A stretch of 64,000 nucleotides of DNA from Terriglobia bacterium (GCA_036521995.1 DATDGR010000233.1:2342-66341); one strand, 5' to 3'. Positions 18,722 to 28,894 are shown, numbered from the stretch's first letter. Notes: generated by a model not told the origin, from the sequence alone. A program made the numbers and translations.

Positions 18722-19492
18722 ATGGATTACCGAATCTCGCTTTTAGGCCTTTTTGTCGGATTTCTTATCGGACTCACCGGTATGGGCGGTGGCGCCTTGA
18801 TGACGCCGGCTTTGATCCTTCTTGGGTTGGCACGACCCGCCTTGGCGGTGGGAACCGATCTGGTCTGGAACGCGCTCACCAAAGGAGTGGGCTCGATCGT
18901 TCACATCCGTCAGTCGACGGTGGACAACCGGATTGTCAAACGGCTGGCTCTCGGCAGCATTCCAGGCGCACTCATCGGCATCGCTCTGCTCGCCTATCTT
19001 AGACACCGTGGCATGAAGTCTGAGGACAAGCTTGTGGTGTGGGTTCTGGGCGTGGCTTTGATCTGCGTGGCGCTGGGGCTGTTTATCCGTACGGTGTTCG
19101 GAGCCAAGCTGCCGACTCCCGGCCAGGAAGGCCTGTCTCGCGGACCCGCCTGGATCACCACTGTGGTGGGTCTGGTGGTCGGGTTTCTGGTCAGCATTAC
19201 CTCGGTAGGCAGCGGGAGCCTGATCGTTGCCAGCCTGGTTTTCATCTACCCCACTACTCCCCTCAAGCGGCTGGTGGGCTCGGATATCTTTCATGCCCTC
19301 TTCCTGGTGGGCGTGGCCGCGATAGGTCACATGGGGCTCGGCACCATCGATCTTAAGCTGCTCGGCGGACTGCTTATCGGCTCGGTCCCCGGCGTGTGGA
19401 TCGGCAGCCGCCTGAGCGCCATCTTTCCCGAGAAGGTCCTGCGTCCCGTGCTGGCCACCACTCTGCTGTATCTTGGTCTGAAACTGATTTAG
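18722..19492 (+). CDS. sulfite exporter TauE/SafE family (TSUP) membrane protein
   Basis: GFLIGLTGMGGGALMTP motif and 7-8 TM helices. I prefer the start at MDYRIS. Confidence 0.85.
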   Translation: MDYRISLLGLFVGFLIGLTGMGGGALMTPALILLGLARPALAVGTDLVWNALTKGVGSIVHIRQSTVDNRIVKRLALGSIPGALIGIALLAYLRHRGMKSEDKLVVWVLGVALICVALGLFIRTVFGAKLPTPGQEGLSRGPAWITTVVGLVVGFLVSITSVGSGSLIVASLVFIYPTTPLKRLVGSDIFHALFLVGVAAIGHMGLGTIDLKLLGGLLIGSVPGVWIGSRLSAIFPEKVLRPVLATTLLYLGLKLI

Positions 19493-19551
19493 GCGCTTGA
19501 CGGCAATTGCCCCCTTTTCGCGGGAATGGCCGCGATGGCAGCCCTTCCTTG

Positions 19552-19812
19552 TCATTTCCTGATCGGTCCAAACTCCTCGTCGGCGATCGCGGTGATTGCA
19601 GTGTAGAGCTCGCGTGCCACGTCCGTTTCGACGGGGCTGTTGAACTTTAGCCTGCGTTCGAAAGGCCGCTGGATCTCCACAATCACGTCAGCATGAGGCC
19701 GTGAGAGTCGGACCACGAACTCTTCTTGCCTAAGATCCAGGGCTTCCAGGAGAACCCTCCTCACCATTCCATCGAGCGGACTGGGAAGGAGTCCGGTGAT
19801 CTTGACTGGCAC
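19552..19812 (-). CDS. hypothetical small protein
   Basis: 86-aa ORF with a GTG start, preceded by a strong SD (GGAGGTGAAAC). No recognisable domain. Confidence 0.55.
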   Translation of the reverse strand: MPVKITGLLPSPLDGMVRRVLLEALDLRQEEFVVRLSRPHADVIVEIQRPFERRLKFNSPVETDVARELYTAITAIADEEFGPIRK

Positions 19813-20027
19813 GTTTCACCTCCGCGGCGAGGATCCTCTTCAAAACGATCATTCTATCGCCATCGCGGCACGCCCGCTTCAACAGCGGTCGGCATCAGCG
19901 AACTGCCTATGTACAGATTTTTCGTAGAACTCCTCTTAAATTTGCAGGCTCTTTTAGTCAGCCTTGACGGCACAGATGATGTTCGCCACCTCATCGGTGG
20001 CTCTTTTTCCCTCAAACGCACTCTTTC

Positions 20028-21143
20028 TCATTTGCCAGGCGGCGCGGATAAGGCAGATCGTCGTGAAAGCAGATACGCTTTGATGAACGAATCGATATCG
20101 CCGTCCAGAATGCGGTCTGTGTCGCCGATTTCGAGGCCGGTTCGCTTGTCTTTCACGAGCCGATAAGGATGTAGGACGTACGATCGGTCCCCGTTCCCGA
20201 AACTGCTGTCGGCTTTCGAGGCCTCGAGCTTCTCGGTCTCAGCGCGCTTTTTCTCAAGCTCCAACTCGTAGAGCTTCGAGCGCATCATCTTCATGGCCAT
20301 TTCGCGATTGCGGTGCTGCGAGCGCTCGTTCTGGCATTGAGCGACAGTACCGGTCGGTATGTGCGTGATGCGCACGGCGGAGTCGGTGGTGTTCACGTGC
20401 TGGCCGCCGGCGCCGGTGGAGCGGTAGGTTTCCACTTTGAGATCCTCAGGCTTCATGTCGATGGTGATGTTTTCGTCGATTTCGGGACTGACGAAGACCG
20501 ACGCGAATGAAGTGTGGCGGCGCGCCGCCGAATCGAAGGGCGAGATGCGCACCAGGCGGTGGACGCCGATCTCTGAGGTCAGCAGGCCGTAGGCGTATTC
20601 GCCCGTCACGCTAAAAGTGGCCGACTTCAAGCCAGCTTCCTCGCCGGCCAGATAGTCCATGAGCGTGAACTTGAAGCCGCGGCGCTCTGCCCAGCGCTTG
20701 TACATGCGCAGCAGCATCTCGGCCCAGTCCTGTGACTCCGTGCCACCCGCCCCGGGATGCACGGTCACGATGGCATTCAGCCGGTCATTGTCGCCGCTCA
20801 GCAGGGAACCCGTCTCGAGCCGGTCGAGATCGTCGCTGAGCTTTGTGATCTCGGCCTTCAGTTCCGGCTCAACGCTTTCGCCCTCGCGCGCCAGCTCAAA
20901 ATAAGCTTCGACATCCGACAGGCGCCGGCCCAGGAGCTCATCTTTCTCGATGGTCTCTTCCAGGCGTTTGCGCTTCGTCAGAAGCTGCTGGGCGGCTTCG
21001 GGGTTTTGCCAGAAATCGGAGCGGGCGATCTCCGGATCGCTCGCTTGGAGTTCGCGGCGGCGGGCAGGGGCGTCAAAGAAAACTCCTGAGTTCACCGGCG
21101 CGCTGCCGAAGGTCGGTATATTCCCGTTCCAGTTCTTCGATCA
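20028..21143 (-). CDS. prfB: peptide chain release factor 2, translated through a programmed +1 frameshift
   Basis: Frame 0 reads GTG(21143) IEELEREYTDLRQRAGELRSFL then TGA. The +1 frame continues DAPARRRELQ...FWQNPEAAQ into the 355-aa ORF, which contains SPF and GGQHVN. Both segments match RF2 organisation. Confidence 0.9.
21071..21086 (-). other. RF2 autoregulatory +1 frameshift site: internal SD-like AGGAG, then CTT TGA C
   Basis: The minus strand reads AGGAGTTTTCTTTGAC. CTT is 21077..21075, the in-frame TGA is 21074..21072, and C is 21071. Confidence 0.85.
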
Positions 21144-21235
21144 CAAGAGCTCTCCTTCGCACTCGCTGAACTCGCGGGTGCGGTTTTCGGCAATCAACAC
21201 TCAGCCGTCAGGAAGCGAGCGGTCGGCATAAGCAG

Positions 21236-22825
21236 TCAGCCGCGGGCACCTGCACTCACGCCGCGCCGACCGCCCATTCTCACCCGCGCGGCCACCGCCA
21301 CTCCGGCCACTGCCAAGCAGAACCCCGCAAAGACATCGCCGTGCGAGTGGTAGAACGTTTCTTGCTCTTCGTAGTCGAAGTGGCTTGCCAAAGCGATTTG
21401 CTCGTGCCTTGGTAGTGTCTCCAGCACGCGCCCATACGGGTCGATCACGCTGGTAATACCGTCATTGGTCGCCCGCAAGAGCCAGCGGTGGTTTTCGACG
21501 GCTCGCAAGCGCGACATATCCATCGTCTGATACGACGCCGAGGAATCGCCGTACCAGGCGTCGTCTGAGATGTTGACCAGCACGCTCGGGCCGCGCGGTG
21601 CAAGCCGCCGAACCAGTTGCGGAAATATCTCCTCGTAACAGATGAATACTCCCAGGGCGCCCTGGCTGCCCTGAGCGGCCGCGTAATTCGAGCCTGGCAC
21701 AAAGTTCCCGGCTTCCGAAGTGATCTTTCCCACCAGGTGGTCTAACCAGACGGGCACGTACTCGCCGAAGGGCACCAAGTGGATTTTAGCATATTGAAGT
21801 AGAACGCTTCCTGAAGGGTCGAGCACTACCGCGCTATTGAGCGGCCGTGAAGTGTCGCCGCCTTCGAAGTTCACGGACCCTACGATCAAGTTGGCCCCGG
21901 CATCGCGGGCCAGCTTCTCCATCGTGTTGCGAAATACTGGATCACGACCAAAGTAAAACGGTGCCGGATTCTCGGACCACACGATCAAAGCCGGTCCCGC
22001 TCCCGGTTGTGCTTGGCGCAGGTTATCCAGCGTGAGGCTCACCAGGTGATCGAGCGGACCAGGGTCCTTCCACGGAGCCCAGTTCTCCGCCGATTCGTTC
22101 AGAGGAATGTTCGGCTGAACCAGAATTGCCAGCTCGTTACCCAGCGGCGGCGGCGGCGGTGCGAGCAAACGGTTGCAAACGATCAGCCCTACGACCCAGA
22201 GCGCAAAAACAAGCGCGGCGCGGCGCCGCCACGTCGGCCCGGAGATCACAATAGCGGCGGCCAGCGCGGCCGTTGCCAGGGCGAGAAACGAGAGGCCGTA
22301 GACTCCTGCTATCGATGCGAGTTGTCTCAGGCCGCCCGCTGGAACGGCATAGCCCACCAGATTCCACGGAAAACCCCCGAAGTAGCCGTAGGTTTGCGCA
22401 AGATCCATCGTGACCCACAGAAAGGGGCCTACGAACAGCGCCAGCGCGCCCGATCGCCGGGCGAGCCATGCCATCAACAGTCCAAAGAAGCCCCAATAAC
22501 TCGAGTCGACGATCAGGAACAGCGCCATCACGATGAGCGCGCCCGGGGCGGAGACGTGGCCGTAATTCTCCATCACTCCAGCGAACCAGTAAACGCTGCC
22601 GGCGAGAAAGACGGCTCCGGCCAGTGCGCCGAGCAGGTAAGCGCGCTTGAGGAGCGGTTCGTGAACCAGCGCCAGCAACAATGGGAGGGGAGCCACCCAG
22701 ACGAGCCCAGGCAGATTGAAACGGGGAAAGCAAGCAGCAAGCAAGACGCCTGACAGCACACTCAACGCATAGCGCGTCGCGGCTCGCTCAAACCAGCTCT
22801 GGAAAGCGAAGGCGGGTCTTCTCAA
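21236..22825 (-). CDS. lnt: apolipoprotein N-acyltransferase
   Basis: N-terminal multi-TM region plus a C-terminal CN-hydrolase domain (VFICYEEIFP). Confidence 0.85.
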   Translation of the reverse strand: MRRPAFAFQSWFERAATRYALSVLSGVLLAACFPRFNLPGLVWVAPLPLLLALVHEPLLKRAYLLGALAGAVFLAGSVYWFAGVMENYGHVSAPGALIVMALFLIVDSSYWGFFGLLMAWLARRSGALALFVGPFLWVTMDLAQTYGYFGGFPWNLVGYAVPAGGLRQLASIAGVYGLSFLALATAALAAAIVISGPTWRRRAALVFALWVVGLIVCNRLLAPPPPPLGNELAILVQPNIPLNESAENWAPWKDPGPLDHLVSLTLDNLRQAQPGAGPALIVWSENPAPFYFGRDPVFRNTMEKLARDAGANLIVGSVNFEGGDTSRPLNSAVVLDPSGSVLLQYAKIHLVPFGEYVPVWLDHLVGKITSEAGNFVPGSNYAAAQGSQGALGVFICYEEIFPQLVRRLAPRGPSVLVNISDDAWYGDSSASYQTMDMSRLRAVENHRWLLRATNDGITSVIDPYGRVLETLPRHEQIALASHFDYEEQETFYHSHGDVFAGFCLAVAGVAVAARVRMGGRRGVSAGARG

Positions 22826-22863
22826 AGGCGGGGTTCCGGCCGGCGGCGATCCGCTGTTCTGAA

Positions 22864-23556
22864 TTATTGCCTGACGAACGGTTTGAATCCTCCCGCGGCG
22901 AGCAAGGCGCGAGCCCTGTCGGCCTCGCCCTGGGTTTTGTAGGGTCCCACAACCACCCTGAAGAAGGCGTCGTCGGCCTTCGCCTGCTGTGGCGTGAGGA
23001 TCAGCGCCGGATAGCCGCGCGACTTCAGCACGGTGGCCATGTTGACCGCGTCCTGCTGATTGCTGAGAGCCGCGACCTGCACCAGCAATCCCGACGGAAC
23101 TCGCGCTGGCACGATGGCCGCGCTCCTCTGGCTGACCGCCGTGGGCGCGGGCGGGGAACTGCGCGCGGGGGTAGAGTCGGGTGAAGCCGCCTCAGTCGAA
23201 AGTCCCCCCCCATTGGCGCCCCGCGGAGCCGAGGACGAACTGCCCGGTGACGCAGCCGGAGTGGCAGAAGTGGTCGCACCCGTGGAGCCATCCGGCGCGT
23301 TCGGATCGCTCGCCGGTTTGGTCGCAGTGGACGCCTGAGATTCGGCGGATGGCTGCGGGCTGCTGGCAGACGGGTTCACTTCCTGCGGGATGTCGGATGA
23401 CGGTTGTACCTGCTCGGTCGAAAGCGCGTTACCGGGATGCCCTTGCCGGTAGCCGAGAAAGAAGCCGAGGGAAAAAAATACGGCGCAGAGCAGCACGACC
23501 GCAAAGAAAGCTCCGAGAAGGGAACGAGTCGGTACGCCCTCGTATTCCTGGCTCAT
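22864..23556 (-). CDS. SPOR domain-containing membrane protein
   Basis: TM anchor, low-complexity Ser/Pro/Ala linker, and a C-terminal SPOR pattern (LLVQVAALSNQQDAVNMATVLKSRGYPALIL...FFRVVVGPYKTQGEADRA). Confidence 0.8.
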   Translation of the reverse strand: MSQEYEGVPTRSLLGAFFAVVLLCAVFFSLGFFLGYRQGHPGNALSTEQVQPSSDIPQEVNPSASSPQPSAESQASTATKPASDPNAPDGSTGATTSATPAASPGSSSSAPRGANGGGLSTEAASPDSTPARSSPPAPTAVSQRSAAIVPARVPSGLLVQVAALSNQQDAVNMATVLKSRGYPALILTPQQAKADDAFFRVVVGPYKTQGEADRARALLAAGGFKPFVRQ

Positions 23557-23565
23557 GGTCCTAGC

Positions 23566-24351
23566 CTAGCCGCCTGAACCCGGTGCCTTGCTGAGCGCCT
23601 TGCTGGCCAGTCCAGCCAGCAGATCAACCGGCAGAGGGAAGACGATGGTCGTGTTCTTCTCCGAGCCGATTTCCACCAGGGTCTGTAAATACCGCAGCGT
23701 GATCGTGACCGGCTCCCGGGCTATCAAGGCGGCCGCTTGCGACAGCTTTTCAGCTGCCTGGAACTCGCCGTCGGCCGCGATGATCTTGGCCCGGCGCTCG
23801 CGCTCGGCCTCGGCTTGCTTAGCGATGGACCGCTGCATGTCCTGGGGGAGGTCCACCTGCTTCACTTGCACCTGTGTCACCTTGATGCCCCAAGGCTCGG
23901 TGTGCTCGTCGAGGATGGACTGCAGCCGGGCGTTGAGCTTCTCGCGCTGCGCCAGCAGATCATCGAGTTCCACTTCACCCAGCACCGAACGGAGGCCCGT
24001 CTGCGCAGCCTGTTCCACGGCGTAGCGGTAGTTCTCGACCTCCACGATAGCCTGGGTGGCGCTCATCACGCGGAAGTAGACCACCGCACTCACCTTGAGG
24101 GAGATGTTGTCGCGCGTGATGATGTCTTGCGGCGGGATCTCCCAAGTGATGGTGCGCAGCGAGACTTTCACCATCTTATCGATTGGCCACCAAATGAAAA
24201 TTATGCCCGGGCCCTTATCGCGCGCGATCACCCGGCCCAGGCGGAACACCACCGCTCGCTCGTACTCGCGCAAGATGTTGAGGGACTTGGCAATCCAGAT
24301 GAGGAAGATGACCACCGCGATCAGCAGAAGCAGGTTCGAGTTCGAGTCCAT
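23566..24351 (-). CDS. SPFH/band-7 stomatin-like protein (slipin)
   Basis: [15 protein letters not shown]..., followed by a coiled-coil [11 protein letters not shown]. Confidence 0.9.
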   Translation of the reverse strand: MDSNSNLLLLIAVVIFLIWIAKSLNILREYERAVVFRLGRVIARDKGPGIIFIWWPIDKMVKVSLRTITWEIPPQDIITRDNISLKVSAVVYFRVMSATQAIVEVENYRYAVEQAAQTGLRSVLGEVELDDLLAQREKLNARLQSILDEHTEPWGIKVTQVQVKQVDLPQDMQRSIAKQAEAERERRAKIIAADGEFQAAEKLSQAAALIAREPVTITLRYLQTLVEIGSEKNTTIVFPLPVDLLAGLASKALSKAPGSGG

Positions 24352-24405
24352 GGCATCCCTCCGGCCCTTTGAGGGCTCATCCGTGCGGCGTCACGCCGCT
24401 GACAA

Positions 24406-25815
24406 TCATACCTCGCTCTTTGACTCTGGTTCCGGCTCAACCACGAGTTTCAAGCCCTCGACCTCGCGGACGCGGACCCTGCCGCCGATTGCCACCGGCT
24501 GCGCCGAACGGGCTTCCCAGATCTCGCCGCGGATCAGTATCTTGCCCTCGGGCGCGAGGTCCGTTCGGGCCACGCCCACCTGGTTGATCATACCTTGTTC
24601 ACCGGTAATTGTTTTGGCTCGCCGCGCGATCATCGCCAGGCGAAGCAGAATCACGCTGATCACGGCCACGGGAATGGTCACGCTCAGGGCCGTCCCCAGG
24701 CTGATGGCGGCGCCCGGCAGCGGTGACTGGACCAGGATGAGCGCCCCCACCACCATGGCGACGATGCCGCCCGCCGCCAGCACCCCGTGCGAGTTCGCCT
24801 TGACCTCCAGCCCGAACAGAACCAGCGCCAGCAGAATCAGGGCCACCCCGGTGAAGTTGATGGGTAGAAGGTGGAAGGCATACAGCGCCAGGACCATGGC
24901 CAGCGCGCCGGCTGCACCGGGCACCACCATGCCGGGATGGGTAAACTCGACGTAGAGACACAGAGCGCCGATCGCACCGAGAATAAAGGCGATGTTGGGG
25001 TCGGCAATGCGCGCCAGAAAGCGTTCGCGGGTGCTCATGCTGAAAGGTTGCAGGCTCGCACCCGCGAGATGGAGCACGGTCGAGCCGCCTTCAAAGCGAG
25101 CAATGGTGCGCCCGTCGAGCGAGTTGAGCAGATCCTGCGGCGAGTTGGCCACCAAGTCGATCAGGTGGTTGTCGAGCGCTTCCTTCTCTGTGAAGGAGCG
25201 GCTCTGCCGCACGCCCTCCTCCGCCAATTGCGCGTTGCGGCCCCGCTTGCCGGCGATGGAGCGAATGTAGGCGGCGGCGTCATTCTCGATCTTGGTCTCC
25301 ATCGTCTTGCCGATGTCGGCATTCCCCATCATCACCGGATGAGCGGCGCCGGTATTGGTTCCAGGGGCCATGGCGGCCACGTCGCCCGAGAGCAGGATAA
25401 AGAAGCCGGCGGAGGCGGCGCGGCTGCCGCTCGGGGCCACGTAGGTGATCACCGGCACGCGCGAACTGATGATGGCGCGGATGATGTCGCGCATGGAAGT
25501 GTCGAGGCCTCCGGGGGTGCTCAGTTCCAGCATGATGGCGGCGGCGCTCTGCTCATTGGCGGTGCGGATGCCATTTTCGACGTATTCGGCCGTGACAGGC
25601 TCAACGATGTCATCAAGATCGATTTCGACGATTCCGGGCGGACCCGCCGGTCGACCGGGAGCCGCCGGGGCCTTAACAGGACGCGAGGTCGAAGCCAGGA
25701 TCGCGAGACCTGTCAGCAGGGGGCCCAAGCCGATGCGCCACCCGGGCCGGCGCTGGTCCGAATGCCGATATTTCGGCAGCCATCTCGTGATCCTTCTGCT
25801 CAGCCCTCGAGACAT
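24406..25815 (-). CDS. NfeD-family membrane-bound serine protease (ClpP-class domain + TM + C-terminal OB fold)
   Basis: ClpP-like block LELSTPGGL...AASAGFFIL, four TM helices and an OB-fold tail (ILIRGEIWEARS). It forms the canonical pair with the downstream stomatin gene. I prefer the start at MSRGLS. Confidence 0.85.
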   Translation of the reverse strand: MSRGLSRRITRWLPKYRHSDQRRPGWRIGLGPLLTGLAILASTSRPVKAPAAPGRPAGPPGIVEIDLDDIVEPVTAEYVENGIRTANEQSAAAIMLELSTPGGLDTSMRDIIRAIISSRVPVITYVAPSGSRAASAGFFILLSGDVAAMAPGTNTGAAHPVMMGNADIGKTMETKIENDAAAYIRSIAGKRGRNAQLAEEGVRQSRSFTEKEALDNHLIDLVANSPQDLLNSLDGRTIARFEGGSTVLHLAGASLQPFSMSTRERFLARIADPNIAFILGAIGALCLYVEFTHPGMVVPGAAGALAMVLALYAFHLLPINFTGVALILLALVLFGLEVKANSHGVLAAGGIVAMVVGALILVQSPLPGAAISLGTALSVTIPVAVISVILLRLAMIARRAKTITGEQGMINQVGVARTDLAPEGKILIRGEIWEARSAQPVAIGGRVRVREVEGLKLVVEPEPESKSEV

Positions 25816-25859
25816 TTTTATAAGCTTAAGCCCTTCAACAACATCGTGGCTTCGTTCGT
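25808..25859 (-). repeat. 52-bp leader repeat, proximal copy (contains the nfeD ATG)
   Basis: Minus strand: ACGAACGAAGCCACGATGTTGTTGAAGGGCTTAAGCTTATAAAAATGTCTCG. Confidence 0.85.
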
Positions 25860-25962
25860 TAGAGCCGGAGCCTGGGTTCATGGACCAGGGCTGCGGAATT
25901 GGCTTCGCGGCGGTCGCGATCGGCGGCGCGCTCAGCTTGCACGCGGCACCTGCCCGAAGGTG

Positions 25963-26014
25963 CGAGACATTTTATTAACCCTCATCCCTTCAATAACATC
26001 GTGGCTTCGTTCGT
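25963..26014 (-). repeat. 52-bp leader repeat, distal copy (heads a 12-codon mini-ORF MSRTFGQVPRAS)
   Basis: Minus strand: ACGAACGAAGCCACGATGTTATTGAAGGGATGAGGGTTAATAAAATGTCTCG. It is about 85% identical to the proximal copy, 155 bp away, and lies 15 nt after the TPR gene stop. Confidence 0.85.
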
Positions 26015-26028
26015 ATTGCACACCAATC

Positions 26029-27729
26029 TCATGGGGTGCGCCTTCCGTTCCCACCGCGCTCATGGGCATTGGCGTCGTCCACCAACCGCTCGGCCTCGGC
26101 GCTCCCGGGGTCAAGGGCGAGGGCCGCGCGCCCCTGTTCGACGGCAAGCGCGGCTTGATTCATGGAAAGATACACCCGTCCAAGCCACAAGTGGGTGACG
26201 GCGTTGTTGTCGAGCTGAAGAGACGTCTTGAACTCCTCCGCGGCCTCCTGGTGCCTCCCCTCGGCCTCGTAGACCTGACCGAGGACCAGGTGCACTTCAC
26301 TGCTCTGGGGGATCAGGGTATCCGCCTCGTCGAGCGCGCGCTCGGCCTCCGCCAGGCTCCCGGCGGCCAGAAGCTTCTTGCCCTCGCTGATGTGCGCTTC
26401 CGCGTGCTGCTCCGGGCTCTCCCGGGAGAGGCGGGCCTCCTCGGTGTTGTGGAGCATCACCGCCAGCAGGCCGAACGCCTTGCCGTCATAGTGCTTCTTG
26501 ATGCGCAGCTCCGGTACGAAGTCCTGGTGGAGCTCGAGGTCCTGATGGTGCGCCAGCAACCACCGCGTCTCCCCCTGCTCACCCGTCGAGTTTTGAAGCT
26601 TCCCAAAAACCAGCGCCAGCAGTATGTGAGCTTCGGAATCGTCGTCATTCTGGCTGAGGCCGCTCTCAAGAGCTTTTGCCGCTTCCCCGTATTTCTTCAG
26701 CCGCCAGAGGGTGGCGGCCAGGTTGAAGCTGAAGTCGGGGTCAAGGGGATCGCCTTGATAGGCGCGCTCGAAACCGGCGAGCGCGTCTTGATAATCGCCG
26801 CGCCGGGCCTGGGCCACGCTCAGGTTGTTGGTTACCTCGTCGAGGGGGATCTGCTTTTCGAGCGCGGCGAACGCCTGCTCGGACTTGGTATTCTCGCCCG
26901 TAAAGTATTCATCCACACCCAAGGTAAACACCGACTGAGGGTAGTCGGGATCGGAGGGGGTTAGTTTGTGGAGCCAGGTGGCGGATTCCGCGTACTGTTT
27001 GTGATCGAAGTAGTAGAGGCCGAGCTGGAAAGCCGCGCCGTGGTCAGAAGGATCGATGCGGTCCGCTTCCCTGAAAAAGTGCACCCGCGTTTCATCGTCA
27101 GCCGCCAGCAGGCCGCGAATGTAGTTCTCAAAAGCGTCGAGGCGCAGGGCGGGAAAACGCCGGGCGAAATCGTCCTCGGCCCCGGCCGTGAAGTCGGGAT
27201 CGTGCGTGGCCAGCAGGCGCCAGGCGAGGCGGGTCTGGACGTCGAGAAGATCGGCAAGGGCGCCCGTCGCTTCCAGGCGCGGCGTCAGCTTCAGGCTGTG
27301 GACTTCGAGGAGCTGGCAGACCGCAGTTAACTGGTCGCCAGCTACGCGGAAGTTGCCGACCACAGCCCAATCTACTCCCAGCGTCTGGGCTACCTTGTAG
27401 GTGCTTGCAAGAGTTAGCGGCGTCGCAGCCGGAATGCCCAGTTGCTGGTAGGCGGCGTTGCGCTCCTCGCGATCGAGGACGTAACGGCCCGGGCCCGCCA
27501 GGCGTCTGGAGAGAACCTCGGCAAAAGCCTCCGAGATCCACCCCAGATCAGAGTTCGCGCTCTGGTTCTCGAAGGGCAGAACCAGAATGGTGCGTGTTTG
27601 AGAGGCTGAGGCCTGAGGTACCGAGGTGAGCGTCAGGATGGCCAGCAGTCCCAGAAGCTTCTTCACGGCAACATTATAACAGCAGGGCTCCGCTTCCGGG
27701 TCTTCCCCGGTGAATGCCTGGCGGGCCAA
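26029..27729 (-). CDS. tetratricopeptide-repeat protein with N-terminal TolB-N/CsgG-like domain
   Basis: Signal-like KKLLGLLAILTLTSVPQASA, ILVLPFENQS...LGWISEAF, then multiple TPR units. The exact start is uncertain. Confidence 0.75.
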   Translation of the reverse strand: MARQAFTGEDPEAEPCCYNVAVKKLLGLLAILTLTSVPQASASQTRTILVLPFENQSANSDLGWISEAFAEVLSRRLAGPGRYVLDREERNAAYQQLGIPAATPLTLASTYKVAQTLGVDWAVVGNFRVAGDQLTAVCQLLEVHSLKLTPRLEATGALADLLDVQTRLAWRLLATHDPDFTAGAEDDFARRFPALRLDAFENYIRGLLAADDETRVHFFREADRIDPSDHGAAFQLGLYYFDHKQYAESATWLHKLTPSDPDYPQSVFTLGVDEYFTGENTKSEQAFAALEKQIPLDEVTNNLSVAQARRGDYQDALAGFERAYQGDPLDPDFSFNLAATLWRLKKYGEAAKALESGLSQNDDDSEAHILLALVFGKLQNSTGEQGETRWLLAHHQDLELHQDFVPELRIKKHYDGKAFGLLAVMLHNTEEARLSRESPEQHAEAHISEGKKLLAAGSLAEAERALDEADTLIPQSSEVHLVLGQVYEAEGRHQEAAEEFKTSLQLDNNAVTHLWLGRVYLSMNQAALAVEQGRAALALDPGSAEAERLVDDANAHERGGNGRRTP

Positions 27730-27754
27730 TGAAAAAGACCGATCTGCCGGCCAG

Positions 27755-28813
27755 CTACATTTTCGCTTCGTAGACCAGATTGAAAGGGGTCTGTGCGGCG
27801 CGGCGGAAACGGCTGAAACCGGCCTTGGTGACCACCTCCCGCATTCGGGCCTCGCCCGCCTGTGCGCCTAAGGCTGCGCCGACCTCTTGAGACATCGAGG
27901 CAGGCACGCAGATCATGGTGGACGCTGAATAGAATACCCGCCCCACCGGATTCAAGTTGTCCTTGACGGTGTCGCCCGCAAAAGGTTCCACGATCATCCA
28001 GGCACCGTCCGGCGCCAGTGTCCCGCGGACATGTCGGGCTGCGCCCACCGGGTCGCCCATATCGTGCAGGCAGTCGAAGAAGGTTACCAGGTCATATCCT
28101 GTGCCGGGGTAGCTCTTGGCGCTGGCTACCTGAAAAACAGTCCGGTCGGAAACGCCCGCTTTCTCCGACCGTTGCTTCGCCTTTTCGATGGAGTACTGAT
28201 GATAGTCGAAGCCGAAGAAGCGGGCCTTGGGATAGGCCTGGGCCATCAAGATAGTCGAAGCTCCGTAGCCGCAGCCCACATCGGCAACCCGGGCCTCCCC
28301 CTGGAGTTTTTTCTCAACCCCGTCCAAGGATGGGATCCAGGAAGTTGTCAGATTGGCCGCATAATTGGGGCGGAAAAACCGCTCCGTGCCTTCGAAAAGC
28401 GACGGGTGATGTTCATGCCAGCCCACGCCGGTGCCGCTGCGGAAGGCCTCTACGATTTTGTGAGCGTCCTTGACCACCGCCGAGACGACCTGGAACGCTC
28501 CCGGAATATACGCTGGGCTGTCGTCCTGGGCCAACGCGAAAGCCTGCTCCTCGGTGAGGTAGTAGTGGTCGGAGGCCGGGTCATAGCTGACGTACCCCGA
28601 GGCGGCCTGAGCGGCCAGCCACTCCCGCACGTAGCGTTCGTGAGTGCTCGTCCTCAGGGCCAATTGGGACGGACTGATCAACCCGGCACCCGACATGGCC
28701 TTATAGAGTCCCAACTCGTCGCCGAGCAGCACCAAGGCTGCGCTCATGGCCGAGCCCAGGTCACCGACGAACTTCTGCATGAACTGATCAAGCTTTTGTG
28801 GATCAACCGCCAT
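27755..28813 (-). CDS. class I SAM-dependent methyltransferase with N-terminal winged-helix-like domain
   Basis: SAM motif I VADVGCGYGASTI, plus the post-I and motif II pattern (FDLV.FFDCLHDMGDP). Confidence 0.85.
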   Translation of the reverse strand: MAVDPQKLDQFMQKFVGDLGSAMSAALVLLGDELGLYKAMSGAGLISPSQLALRTSTHERYVREWLAAQAASGYVSYDPASDHYYLTEEQAFALAQDDSPAYIPGAFQVVSAVVKDAHKIVEAFRSGTGVGWHEHHPSLFEGTERFFRPNYAANLTTSWIPSLDGVEKKLQGEARVADVGCGYGASTILMAQAYPKARFFGFDYHQYSIEKAKQRSEKAGVSDRTVFQVASAKSYPGTGYDLVTFFDCLHDMGDPVGAARHVRGTLAPDGAWMIVEPFAGDTVKDNLNPVGRVFYSASTMICVPASMSQEVGAALGAQAGEARMREVVTKAGFSRFRRAAQTPFNLVYEAKM

Positions 28814-28894
28814 CGCTGTACCCTCCCTTCGGCGCCTGATACTATCACAGCTCTTAAATCGGCGCTTGGGTGGTCAGGCATCGTCAAGGCATCG

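Noticed and set aside
19985-20008. Hairpin GCCACC-tcatc-GGTGGC plus a T-run as the prfB terminator
   Set aside because: The U-tract follows the stem only on the plus strand, whereas prfB is on the minus strand. The stem is only 6 bp, and no plus-strand gene ends here. It could terminate an unannotated plus-strand sRNA, but nothing else supports that.
25805-25845. TTGAAG ... TATAAA in the nfeD leader repeat as a sigma70 promoter
   Set aside because: The two hexamers are only 10 nt apart. TATAAA also ends 3 nt before the ATG, so it cannot position a start site upstream of the codon.
24871-26964. 697-aa ORF on the plus strand spanning the nfeD and TPR genes
   Set aside because: It crosses two well-supported minus-strand genes and their spacer. 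Its composition is typical of antisense read-through in high-GC DNA.
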